In this document: positions 1-7,923 of the stretch, in pieces
Numbering within the stretch: the first letter of the stretch is position 1
Layout: every line of letters starts with the position of its first letter
From: Patescibacteria group bacterium
GTDB taxonomy: Bacteria; Patescibacteriota; Minisyncoccia; Moranbacterales; UBA2206
DNA: 64,000 nt
Reading direction: 5' to 3'
Assembly (NCBI GenBank): GCA_022711335.1
Contig: JAKLFF010000001.1
Coordinates: forward strand, 405,754 to 469,753
Made by a program: the position numbers and the translations under genes
The notes under the pieces: model-generated
Told to the model about the DNA's origin: nothing
The model's database searches: none
The model's input: the letters and a program-made list of their open reading frames with translations, nothing else

Positions 1-367
1 AAATGTGATGGATGTATTGATTAACCTTATCACTAAAATAATCGCTCTTTATTCCTTCTCTCCTGTCTGAGGAGAGATGTCCCGAAGGGACAGAGAGGTG
101 GGAGCCAATATTCGGTTTAACTAATAAATGACCAGTCATTTTGAGATGTATGTATAGCGTTTTTCCGCCAGAAAGATCAACAAAAATATTTTTTCCGATT
201 CTCCTAGCTCCCAGAATCTTCAGGTTTTTGATTTCTTTTTTTAACTCTTTAATAGATTTTCCCTTAATCGCTTTTCCCCAATCACTCCAAAAATCAGTGA
301 TCGCGTCACCTTTGATTTTTTTGTTCAGATCATCGATTATGGTTTGGACTTCAGGTAGTTCCGGCAT
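1..367 (-). CDS. Formamidopyrimidine/endonuclease VIII-family DNA glycosylase (Fpg/Nei), N-terminal part only; gene runs off the window start
   Basis: Reverse-strand translation from the ATG at 367 gives MPELPEVQTIIDDL...GKNIFVDLSGGKTLYIHLKMTGHLL. The N-terminal PELPEV catalytic-proline motif and the H2TH-family fold pattern are classic Fpg/Nei. There is no stop before position 1. It contains an in-frame palindromic insert (~55-108). Confidence 0.6.
   Translation of the reverse strand, partial: MPELPEVQTIIDDLNKKIKGDAITDFWSDWGKAIKGKSIKELKKEIKNLKILGARRIGKNIFVDLSGGKTLYIHLKMTGHLLVKPNIGSHLSVPSGHLSSDRREGIKSDYFSDKVNQYIHHI
55..108. repeat. Intragenic palindromic element copy inside fpg
   Basis: TCTCCTGTCTGAGGAGAGATGTCCCGAAGGGACAGAGAGGTGGG has the same core as 27661-27712. 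It is translated in frame within fpg as ...GSHLSVPSGHLSSDRRE.... Confidence 0.55.
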
Positions 368-370
368 TTT

Positions 371-703
371 TTAAATTTCCAATAGTTTAATTCCTCTTTT
401 TATTGCAACAAAAGCATATCCCCAAAGCAATGGCAGCCATATAGGCATTATTCCAAAAAGTGTGTTTCTGTTAAAAACCTCCACTCCTGTACTGAGAAAT
501 ATAGCTTCACAAATAATCATTATAAATAATCCAAAAAGTATTATTATATATTCTCTTTTTTCATATTTTATCCAAAAGGAAATGGTTATTATAAGACAAT
601 ATATAAGTGCTAACCAATAATCATTCCCAACAACAGGAATTAATCCAATCATAATCAAAATCGGAATTGAATTTAGAAAAATTTTGAAAATATTATTTTT
701 CAT
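371..703 (-). CDS. Hypothetical small polytopic membrane protein (about 4 TM)
   Basis: 110-aa ORF, strongly hydrophobic and helix-like throughout, with its stop abutting the fpg start. No recognisable motif. Confidence 0.4.
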   Translation of the reverse strand: MKNNIFKIFLNSIPILIMIGLIPVVGNDYWLALIYCLIITISFWIKYEKREYIIILFGLFIMIICEAIFLSTGVEVFNRNTLFGIMPIWLPLLWGYAFVAIKRGIKLLEI

Positions 704-710
704 CTTGTTA

Positions 711-1721
711 TTATAAAAGATTAGTAATCAGCGCGATCATTAGATCTTTGTCTTTTGGATTACTTTGGGCAACGAGAAGTGCCAAAGCCACAAGAGCATT
801 GTCATTGATTTTCTTCTCGCCTTTTTTATTGAGAAGATAATTATTTTGAGAAAGATAAGCGATAAACAAAAATGACCCAATGCGCTTGTTGCCATCGACA
901 AATGGATGATCTTTGATGAAGAAATATAAAAGATGAGCCGCCTTTTCGGAAACAGTCGGATAAAGAAACTTGCCACCGAATGATTGATTGAGGTTTCCTA
1001 AAATTCCTTCAAGGCTTTGGCCACGTTCCTGGCCAAAAATTTCCGTGGCTTCTTTTTGCTTTGTCAGTTTGTTTTTGAGCTCAAAAATTTCTCTCTGGAC
1101 CTTTTCATAATCCAAGATACTTTTCTCTTTCGTTTCTTTCTTGATAGCCAGTTTTTCCTGATCAAATTTATTGAGCAGCACCCAGGAATTGGCATATTCC
1201 GTAATCACATGCAAAAGCCCGTTCGCTTCGCCTTGACTGAGCAGCTTACTTTGTCTGGTATATTGAAATAGCCGGATAACTTTTTCCAATTCCTGCAATT
1301 TTATATCTCTTTGCCTTAATCTTTTTTCATTAACTGTATAACCCTTGATTAAGTGATTTTTTAAAGTCTTTGTGGCCCAAATGCGGAATTGAGCAGCTCT
1401 CCCAGAATTTACTCGATAACCTACTGACAAAATAGCATCTAGATTATAGAAGCTTGTTTTATAAGTTTTTCCATCACTGGCAGTATGTTCCAAAATGGAA
1501 CATACTGAATTTTCCTTCAATTCACCCTCTTTGAATATATTTTTGAGGTGTTTAGTTATAGCTGGCCTTTGAGTTCCAAATAATTCTGCTATTTGCGCCT
1601 GTGTCAGCCAAACAGTCTCATCCTGAAGATTAACTTCAAGCTTTGTTTGGCCATCTTTGGCTTTATAGATTACAATTTCACCTCTATTTTTTGGTTCTTT
1701 TTTATCTTTTTCTTTTTTCAT
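711..1721 (-). CDS. Fic/DOC-family protein with N-terminal RhuM-like domain
   Basis: C-terminal HPFVDGNKRIG matches the Fic motif HPFx[DE]GNGR. The N-terminal region (KDGQTKLEVNL...TVWLTQAQIAELFG...RVNSGRAAQFRIWATKTL) resembles the RhuM virulence-protein family. The likely start is the second Met (MKKEKDKK) at 1721; the ORF track start is 1757. Confidence 0.65.
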   Translation of the reverse strand: MKKEKDKKEPKNRGEIVIYKAKDGQTKLEVNLQDETVWLTQAQIAELFGTQRPAITKHLKNIFKEGELKENSVCSILEHTASDGKTYKTSFYNLDAILSVGYRVNSGRAAQFRIWATKTLKNHLIKGYTVNEKRLRQRDIKLQELEKVIRLFQYTRQSKLLSQGEANGLLHVITEYANSWVLLNKFDQEKLAIKKETKEKSILDYEKVQREIFELKNKLTKQKEATEIFGQERGQSLEGILGNLNQSFGGKFLYPTVSEKAAHLLYFFIKDHPFVDGNKRIGSFLFIAYLSQNNYLLNKKGEKKINDNALVALALLVAQSNPKDKDLMIALITNLL

Positions 1722-1796
1722 AGGTATTGTTAGCTGATTATAGTGATATAATATCACTATAAATCATCCTTGTCAATCTCCCTGCTTATCAAATTC

Positions 1797-2564
1797 CTAT
1801 TTCTTAGCCAATTTCCAGAGAGTTTCGAAAAATTGCTTATACGAACCAGCTAAAACTGGATTATATATGATGAAACTGGTCACAGGCTCTCCGAACATAT
1901 TAAAACCAATAGCGTTTGCCCAGACATTGGTGTTTACCATTCCAGTAAAAAGTCCGGGAAGTATTTTATATTCAAATAATTGCCTGTTTTTTACATTATT
2001 TGCCAGATATTCAAGTTGATCTTGACTTCCTATGTAACGGACTTTGATTTTTTTTCTTATTCTTAGCTTCTCATATTGTTTGATTTCTTCTCCCATGTTC
2101 TTAAAAAATTCATCGCCAGATCCACCAATAATCAGCAGCTCGCTTTCTTCTTCAGCTTTCTCTAGAAGTTCGAATTCATGAGTAATATATGATTCTTTCC
2201 CCTGAAAAACTTCGTATTCCTGCTCCTGCGGCAAAACCATTAACCGATTTAGTTTTTCCGCTACACCTTGAGCAATCCTTTTTTGATGTTCGGCCAATCT
2301 TTCCAAGACACGCGGATTTTTTGCACTGAATTTTTTTCTTCCGTGCTTTATTACATGTCCAACAAGATTTTTTTGTTCAAGACTATCAAGCGCATTATAC
2401 ACAAACTGCCCGTGAAGACCGGTTTTTTTGACTATTTTCGAACTTCCGACCTCTCCCAGCCGGAGAAGTGCCATATATACTCCTACTTCCTTCTCACCAA
2501 GTCCCAACAATTTTAGATCATCTATAATTCCATCATTTTCATTTTTATCAACTATTTTTGACAT
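1797..2564 (-). CDS. TrmB-family transcriptional regulator
   Basis: N-terminal winged-HTH pattern (GLGEKEVGVYMALLRLGEVGSSKIVKKTGLHGQFVYNALDSLEQKNLV) followed by a C-terminal TrmB-like effector domain. It is a paralog of the ORF at 33610. Confidence 0.55.
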   Translation of the reverse strand: MSKIVDKNENDGIIDDLKLLGLGEKEVGVYMALLRLGEVGSSKIVKKTGLHGQFVYNALDSLEQKNLVGHVIKHGRKKFSAKNPRVLERLAEHQKRIAQGVAEKLNRLMVLPQEQEYEVFQGKESYITHEFELLEKAEEESELLIIGGSGDEFFKNMGEEIKQYEKLRIRKKIKVRYIGSQDQLEYLANNVKNRQLFEYKILPGLFTGMVNTNVWANAIGFNMFGEPVTSFIIYNPVLAGSYKQFFETLWKLAKK

Positions 2565-2625
2565 TAATTATATATTTGTCCTTTTTATAGATATATTTTA
2601 TCATACATTTTATCATCAATCAATA

Positions 2626-2654
2626 TTGACATTTAATAAATTTTGATGTATAAT
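2626..2654 (+). promoter_or_regulatory. Sigma-70-like promoter (TTGACA - 17 nt - TATAAT) upstream of ORF 2723
   Basis: TTGACA at 2626-2631, a 17-nt spacer, and TATAAT at 2649-2654. A GGAG RBS precedes the ATG at 2723. Confidence 0.45.
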
Positions 2655-2722
2655 AGAACGTTACAATGAGAAATGGCAGAGGAATGGCAAATAACAAGTA
2701 GTTCTTTGAAAAGGAGCAAAGT

Positions 2723-3208
2723 ATGAGAGTTTCAATTGAAGTGGAGAAAGAAGTAAGAACAAACGGAGTTGTCATAGTGTGGTGTAATAATGGTTTATAT
2801 TTTGACGAGGGATATGAAGATTGGGAGGAAGGTCTGTTTGCCAACGTTAGTCATGCAGAGAAATTTATAAAAGATGTACTGGCAACTAAAGCTGGGACGG
2901 ATTATACTTTTACAATTCGTCCATATATCAGGAAAGGAACAATGGATGAATTGTATGAGGTTCTGTATAACAAGAGAACGAAAACAGTTCAGCTCTTCGA
3001 TATCGGTCGCCAACCTATCTGGATTGGTGGTGATAACAAGCTCAATATGAGTCTCGAAGTCTTGCATGTTTTGCTTTGCTTTCTCAAAACATTTGGTCAT
3101 AACTTCCAGCCACTCTGGGATGTAGATTCAAGGGAGTGCTGGGTTCATACGCGGGTATACGAGGATGGAAGGGAGAAGTATATAAACAATCGATATTATG
3201 ATTTATAA
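2723..3208 (+). CDS. Hypothetical protein
   Basis: 161-aa ORF with a good RBS (AAAAGGAGCAAAGTATG) and its own promoter, followed by a terminator hairpin. No recognisable domain. Confidence 0.5.
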   Translation: MRVSIEVEKEVRTNGVVIVWCNNGLYFDEGYEDWEEGLFANVSHAEKFIKDVLATKAGTDYTFTIRPYIRKGTMDELYEVLYNKRTKTVQLFDIGRQPIWIGGDNKLNMSLEVLHVLLCFLKTFGHNFQPLWDVDSRECWVHTRVYEDGREKYINNRYYDL

Positions 3209-3241
3209 CAAATGATCCGTGTAGTTTGCTAAAAGAGTTTT

Positions 3242-3272
3242 TCCCCGACGACAGCGTTCGTCGGGGTTTTTA
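3242..3272 (+). terminator. Rho-independent terminator
   Basis: CCCCGACGACAGCG/TTCGTCGGGG hairpin followed by TTTTTATTT. Confidence 0.5.
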
Positions 3273-3278
3273 TTTCCA

Positions 3279-3316
3279 CAAAAAAGACGCGAGTATTTCG
3301 CGTCTCTACATTTTTT
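3279..3316 (-). terminator. Rho-independent terminator downstream of polA (possibly bidirectional)
   Basis: AGACGCGAGTATTTCGCGTCT hairpin, flanked by an A-run on the + strand (a U-run for the minus transcript) and TTTTTT on the other side. Confidence 0.45.
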
Positions 3317-3346
3317 GTTCCATGTTTTATGTTATATGCTATATGA

Positions 3347-6052
3347 CTAAATTTCTCCCCAATTATCCCCAATCTTCACGTCGACGAGTAGCGGAACTTT
3401 GAGCTTATAAACTGATTCCATAATTTCCTTAACTTTCTTTGCTACTTCTTCGGCAATTTCTTCCTTTACTTCAAGTATTATTTCGTCGTGAACCTGTAAT
3501 ATCATTCGTATATTCGTATTGGATTCGTAGTTCGTAGAGACTTCTATCATCGCCAGTTTCACAATGTCGGCTGCCAGACCCTGGATCGGCATATTAATTG
3601 CCATTCGCTCGGCGGCGTTTTGAACTTGGAAGTTAGGAGAATTTATTTCGTGGATATAGCGCCGGCGGCCGACTTCCGTTTCCACATATTCATGCTCCCT
3701 GGCAAATGCTTTCGTGTTTTTGATATAACTGGCCACTCCCTGAAACTTTTCCATATATTCATCGATGAATTTTTTGGCTTCTTCGCGATCGATTCCAGCG
3801 GACTGGGAAAATCCGAAGACACTCATGCCATAAATTATCCCGAAATTAAGAGCTTTCGCTTTTCTCCTCATAGCTTCCGTGACTTGGGACAAGGTAACCT
3901 TGTTTATTTCTGCCGCTGTTGCCCGATGGATATCTTCCCCTTTCCAAAAAAGATCAATGAGTTTTTTGTCTTCACTGACGTGAGCAACCACTCGAAGATC
4001 AATTTGAGAATAGTCAGCACTGACGAGTTTCCAGCCTTTTTCCGCTTCAAATGCTACACGAAGAAGTTGGCCCAAGTCTGTCCGAATAGGAATATTTTGG
4101 AGATTGGGTTCAGAAGAGCTTAGTCTCCCCGTGGCTGTAACAGCTTGATTATAGGTCGTGTGAATTCTTTGATCTTTATCAACAAGAAGCGGCAGCGCAT
4201 CAAGGTAGGTGGTTTTTAGTTTGAAAACTTCCCGGTATTCTTCTATTTTTTCAATAATTTTATGTTCCTGCTTGATTTTCTGCAGTTCCGTGGAAGCCGT
4301 GGAATAGTCGGTTTTCCCTTTTTTGATATCCACCGTGGGAATTTTCAGCTTTTCAAATAATATCGGTGCCAATTGCTTTGGAGAATTGATATTAAATTTT
4401 TCTCCTGCTAATTTGTAGATGCTTTTTTCCAAGTTTTCAATCCTTTTTCCAATTTTAGCTGAAATGCCTTTGAAAATAATCGTATTTAATTTTACTCCGA
4501 ATATTTCCATTTCAGAGAGAATCCTGATGAGCGGTGTTTCAATATTTTCAAAAACGTATTTCAAATTATTCTTTTTGTCCTGCGTTTCGCATATTTTTTC
4601 CATTTTTTCTTCCAATATATTTTTCAACTTGAAGATATAGCCGGCACTCTGGCAATATTTTTCCGCCATAACTTTCGGGGATTCTATTTCCAGCCCCAGC
4701 TGCCCTTTTTTTTCCAGAGTTTCTATTTCTTCACCTAGATTCTCTAAAACCAGCTTTTCCATTTCTATTTTGGCACCGGGATTAAGAACATAAGCCGCCA
4801 GCATTATATCAAATAATTTCCCCTCGATATTTATTCCATAGCGTTCCATTATTTCTATGTCCTTTTTCAAATCAAAACCGATTTTCATGATTTTTTTGTT
4901 CTGAAATATTCTTTTGATGGCTGCTTTATTTTTTTCACTATACTCAATATAATTCGCCCGGCCAGTCTTCCAACTGAAAGCCACGCCCCAAAGCTCCCGT
5001 TCTAAAATTTTCTCCCCGCTGGTTTTAAGTTGAATGGATATTTCTTCCTGTTTTTCAAGATTTTTAAAAAATTCATCTATATTTTTATCATCTACATATT
5101 CATACTTAAAGTCTCTTACCCCTTTTGTATTTTTATTCGTAGATTCGAATTTTATTCGTAGATTCGAATCGGTCATGGGTATTCTTTTTACCAGGCTATA
5201 GAAATTTAGGTCATTAAATAATCTCACTAATTTTTCCCGGTCAAATTCATGCGTCCTGGCTTTTTCAAGATCAATTTCCACCGGAACATTAGTTCGAATA
5301 GTGGCCAGTTTTTTGCTTTGAATGGCAATGCTTCGATCACGTTCCAGTTTGTCTTTCACCGCCCCTTTTACTTCATCCAGATTGGCATATACATTTTCCA
5401 AAGTTTCATATTTTTTAAGAAGTTCGATGGCGGTTTTTTCCCCAATACCTTTTACACCGGGGATATTGTCCGACGCATCTCCGCGAAGACCTTTAAAATC
5501 AATAAGTTGTTCCGGGGTAAGTGCATAGCGTTCTTTTATTTTTTCACTGTCATATAAAACAGCATCAGAAAGACCCCGACGCATAGTATAAACTTTAGTT
5601 TTCCCATTAACGAGCTGCAACGTATCTAAATCTCCGGTTACAATTATATTTTCGATTCCGCCAGCCGGCGGATTTTCTTCGACATATTTCACAACTGTTC
5701 CAATCACATCGTCCGCTTCAAACCCTTGCTTTTCCAAAATGGGAATATTCATTGCCCGCACCACCTCTTTGACGCGTCCAATCTGCGCATATAGTTCATC
5801 CGGAGCTTTCACTCTCGTTGCTTTGTATTCTTTGTATTCCTCATGCCGAAAAGTCGGTCCGGCCAGGTCGAAGGTAGCAATGATATAGTCCGGCTGGAAT
5901 TTGGCAATCACCGAAAGAATGGTCGAAGCAAACCCATAAACCGCATTGACCAGCTCACCGCTTTTTGTTGAAAGCGGCGGCAGGGCATGATAAGAACGAT
6001 GAATAATAGCATTGCCATCAATAAGAATCAATTTTGGAGATGATTTATTCAT
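3347..6052 (-). CDS. polA: DNA polymerase I
   Basis: 901 aa. The N-terminal 5'-3' exonuclease pattern (LILIDGNAIIHRSYHALPPL, ...GIGEKTA) is followed by the family-A polymerase motifs (RRKAKALNFGIIYG, QVHDEIILEV). Confidence 0.9.
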   Translation of the reverse strand: MNKSSPKLILIDGNAIIHRSYHALPPLSTKSGELVNAVYGFASTILSVIAKFQPDYIIATFDLAGPTFRHEEYKEYKATRVKAPDELYAQIGRVKEVVRAMNIPILEKQGFEADDVIGTVVKYVEENPPAGGIENIIVTGDLDTLQLVNGKTKVYTMRRGLSDAVLYDSEKIKERYALTPEQLIDFKGLRGDASDNIPGVKGIGEKTAIELLKKYETLENVYANLDEVKGAVKDKLERDRSIAIQSKKLATIRTNVPVEIDLEKARTHEFDREKLVRLFNDLNFYSLVKRIPMTDSNLRIKFESTNKNTKGVRDFKYEYVDDKNIDEFFKNLEKQEEISIQLKTSGEKILERELWGVAFSWKTGRANYIEYSEKNKAAIKRIFQNKKIMKIGFDLKKDIEIMERYGINIEGKLFDIMLAAYVLNPGAKIEMEKLVLENLGEEIETLEKKGQLGLEIESPKVMAEKYCQSAGYIFKLKNILEEKMEKICETQDKKNNLKYVFENIETPLIRILSEMEIFGVKLNTIIFKGISAKIGKRIENLEKSIYKLAGEKFNINSPKQLAPILFEKLKIPTVDIKKGKTDYSTASTELQKIKQEHKIIEKIEEYREVFKLKTTYLDALPLLVDKDQRIHTTYNQAVTATGRLSSSEPNLQNIPIRTDLGQLLRVAFEAEKGWKLVSADYSQIDLRVVAHVSEDKKLIDLFWKGEDIHRATAAEINKVTLSQVTEAMRRKAKALNFGIIYGMSVFGFSQSAGIDREEAKKFIDEYMEKFQGVASYIKNTKAFAREHEYVETEVGRRRYIHEINSPNFQVQNAAERMAINMPIQGLAADIVKLAMIEVSTNYESNTNIRMILQVHDEIILEVKEEIAEEVAKKVKEIMESVYKLKVPLLVDVKIGDNWGEI

Positions 6053-6087
6053 ATCCTAAGTATAATTTGAGATTTAACTTAAGGCAA

Positions 6088-6122
6088 CAAAAAAAGAGTT
6101 GTCTTAAAACAGCTCTTTTTTG
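6088..6122 (-). terminator. Possible intrinsic terminator after the cyclophilin gene
   Basis: Imperfect hairpin AGAGTTGTCTTAAAACAGCTCT flanked by A/T runs. Weak. Confidence 0.3.
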
Positions 6123-6143
6123 AAAAATTAGACCTAAAAAATA

Positions 6144-6896
6144 TTATTTTTCTAAAAGCTCCACACTGCTTATTATTACATTTTCAACCGGCCGGTCATT
6201 AGCCCCAGTCTGAACATTTTCAATCTTGAGCGCCGTGTCCATGCCGGAAACTACATGGCCAAAAACGGTGTAGCTGGGAGGAAGCGGATAGCTGGGGCTA
6301 GCCGTCACAATAAAAAACTGGCTGCCATTGGTGTTGGGCCCGGAATTGGCCATAGCGAGCGTTCCTTGGGCGTATTTTTCCGTTCCTTTGAGCTCATCGG
6401 CAAACTTATATCCCGGTCCGCCAGTTCCCCACATATTTATTTTACTTTCATCTTTTGAAAGAGGATCGCCGCCCTGAATCATAAAACTTTTAATTACCCG
6501 GTGAAATTTGGTTCCGTCATAAAACTTTTCATTTGCAAGTTTTAGAAAATTATTGACTGTGTTTGGCGCGTTTTTCGCGTCAAATTTTATCTTAATGTCG
6601 CCAAGGTTGGTTTTGAGCGTTGCTTCCATATATTTTTTAGATAAATTATTATTTTCATCATTTTCCCCTTTCACATTTCCCTCATTAAGAGCGTTTTGCA
6701 ATCTTTCGTTTTCCTTATTTACCGCGTTATTTGTATCTTCATGCGCTTTTTTGTTGATATCGACCATCTCAGGCACATAATTGGCTGCATCTTCGATCGG
6801 CTGTTCTGCGGCTTTTTTTACATCAGATCCCACGCAACCGGACAAAAGAGCGGCCAAAAAAATTATGCTGATGGATAATAATATTTTTTTATTCAT
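6144..6896 (-). CDS. Cyclophilin-type peptidyl-prolyl cis-trans isomerase, lipoprotein
   Basis: Lipobox LLSGC at the N-terminus, then a low-complexity linker. The cyclophilin core is FHRVIKSFMIQGGDP...GTLAMANSGPNTNGSQFFIV. Confidence 0.8.
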   Translation of the reverse strand: MNKKILLSISIIFLAALLSGCVGSDVKKAAEQPIEDAANYVPEMVDINKKAHEDTNNAVNKENERLQNALNEGNVKGENDENNNLSKKYMEATLKTNLGDIKIKFDAKNAPNTVNNFLKLANEKFYDGTKFHRVIKSFMIQGGDPLSKDESKINMWGTGGPGYKFADELKGTEKYAQGTLAMANSGPNTNGSQFFIVTASPSYPLPPSYTVFGHVVSGMDTALKIENVQTGANDRPVENVIISSVELLEK

Positions 6897-7224
6897 TTCT
6901 TTTGTTTTTATTAATTAGATAAACAATTAAAAAAATAATCAGATAAATTAAAATAAAAATAAAGATCCAGCCATTGCGTTCCAGGCGGCAGCCGATTATG
7001 CTTTTTTTGTCCCGGCACCAGCTAAAAAACCGGTTTTGCAGAAACGGGAAAACCACCCAAGCCGGAACAATAAAATATTTGTCGAAAATATAAAGAGCAA
7101 CGTTGATAATGCTGCCGATTTGCAATGTTACCTTCAAATTATTATTTAATTTTATTTTCATAATTATTTTGCCATCCTGAATATGCTTACCTCGCCGGCA
7201 GGCATGGAAAGTTTGGAATGGCAA
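6889..7224 (-). CDS. Hypothetical small membrane protein (probable start at 7161)
   Basis: ORF with a C-terminal hydrophobic helix. An internal Met at 7161 (MKIKLNNN) is a more plausible start. No motif. Confidence 0.3.
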   Translation of the reverse strand: MPFQTFHACRRGKHIQDGKIIMKIKLNNNLKVTLQIGSIINVALYIFDKYFIVPAWVVFPFLQNRFFSWCRDKKSIIGCRLERNGWIFIFILIYLIIFLIVYLINKNKRNE

Positions 7225-7698
7225 TTATTTAATGCTTATTTTTCTTTCCTTTTCGCCGATCCATTCGAATTTAATCCAAAGCGCGTCAGCCGGAATAATT
7301 TTTTTAATCCTATCCGCCCACTCAATAATTATAACATTTTTTTTATTCCCCGTAATTTCCTGCCAGCCAAGACTTAAAATGTCTTTAGAATTAACTCTGT
7401 ATGCATCGATGTGATAAATATTCTGGAACATGGAGCATGGGACATGGAGCATGCCTTTGTTTTTTGTTTTTTGTTTTTTGTTATGTGCTTTATGATATTG
7501 CTTCATCACTACAAATGTTGGGCTGGTATACGGCCCTTTAATCCTTAGCCCCTTTAAAAACCCTTGCGTAAAGGTAGTTTTCCCGCATCCTAAATCGCCT
7601 TCCAGGGCTATAATTTTCCCGTCTTTCAATTCCTTAGCTAGAATTTCGCCTAGTTTTTGGGTTTCTTTAGAATTTTTAGTGATAAATGTTTCTTGCAT
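7225..7698 (-). CDS. tsaE: tRNA threonylcarbamoyladenosine biosynthesis protein TsaE (YjeE ATPase family) carrying an in-frame repeat insertion
   Basis: P-loop LEGDLGCGKTTFTQG is typical of TsaE, and the C-terminal ...YHIDAYRV pattern is present. About 24 extra residues (KAHNKKQKTKNKGMLHVPCSMFQN) are encoded by a dispersed CATG-rich repeat at 7425-7500. Confidence 0.7.
   Translation of the reverse strand: MQETFITKNSKETQKLGEILAKELKDGKIIALEGDLGCGKTTFTQGFLKGLRIKGPYTSPTFVVMKQYHKAHNKKQKTKNKGMLHVPCSMFQNIYHIDAYRVNSKDILSLGWQEITGNKKNVIIIEWADRIKKIIPADALWIKFEWIGEKERKISIK
7425..7500. repeat. CATG-rich dispersed palindromic repeat copy (inside tsaE, in frame)
   Basis: CTGGAACATGGAGCATGGGACATGGAGCATGCC followed by (TTGTTTT)n and TTGTTATGTGCTTTATG. 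Related copies occur at 18336-18420, 19136-19226 and partly at 3318-3346. Confidence 0.6.
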
Positions 7699-7780
7699 AT
7701 TTTAATGTTAACTTGGATTTTTAATTAAGTCGAGACTCACCCTGTTGAGTAATTTTTGAGTGATTTACATTAAGTGTGCA

Positions 7781-7840
7781 TGGAGGGTTTACCCTGTGGA
7801 ATTCCGCCGTAGGCGGACGGCTACGCCGTATTCCACAGGG
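7781..7840. repeat. Near-perfect palindrome (potential stem-loop), intergenic
   Basis: TACCCTGTGGAATTCCGCCGTAGGCGGACGGCTACGCCGTATTCCACAGGGTA has 13-bp arms (CCCTGTGGAAT/ATTCCACAGGG) and a GC-rich loop that contains a second small hairpin. Confidence 0.5.
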
Positions 7841-7923
7841 TAAATTTGACACAAAAATCAATCCTTGCTATTTTACACAACTAACTTGCCGGTCCGAAGC
7901 TAAAAAATAACTCGGTCATTCTT

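Noticed and set aside
141-374. 77-aa plus-strand ORF in the ORF track
   Set aside because: It lies antisense to a clearly recognisable Fpg/Nei N-terminus on the minus strand (MPELPEV...). Its low-complexity F/I/L-rich translation is typical of a shadow ORF.
3620-4123. 167-aa plus-strand ORF and many other 60-170-aa ORFs antisense to large genes (e.g. 5249-5557, 9860-10099, 11741-12157, 25956-26240, 53580-53885, 61737-61998)
   Set aside because: All are embedded opposite well-supported long CDSs (polA, GspE, PBP1A, the surface protein, the VirB6-like gene). They lack RBSs and have odd composition, so they are shadow ORFs.
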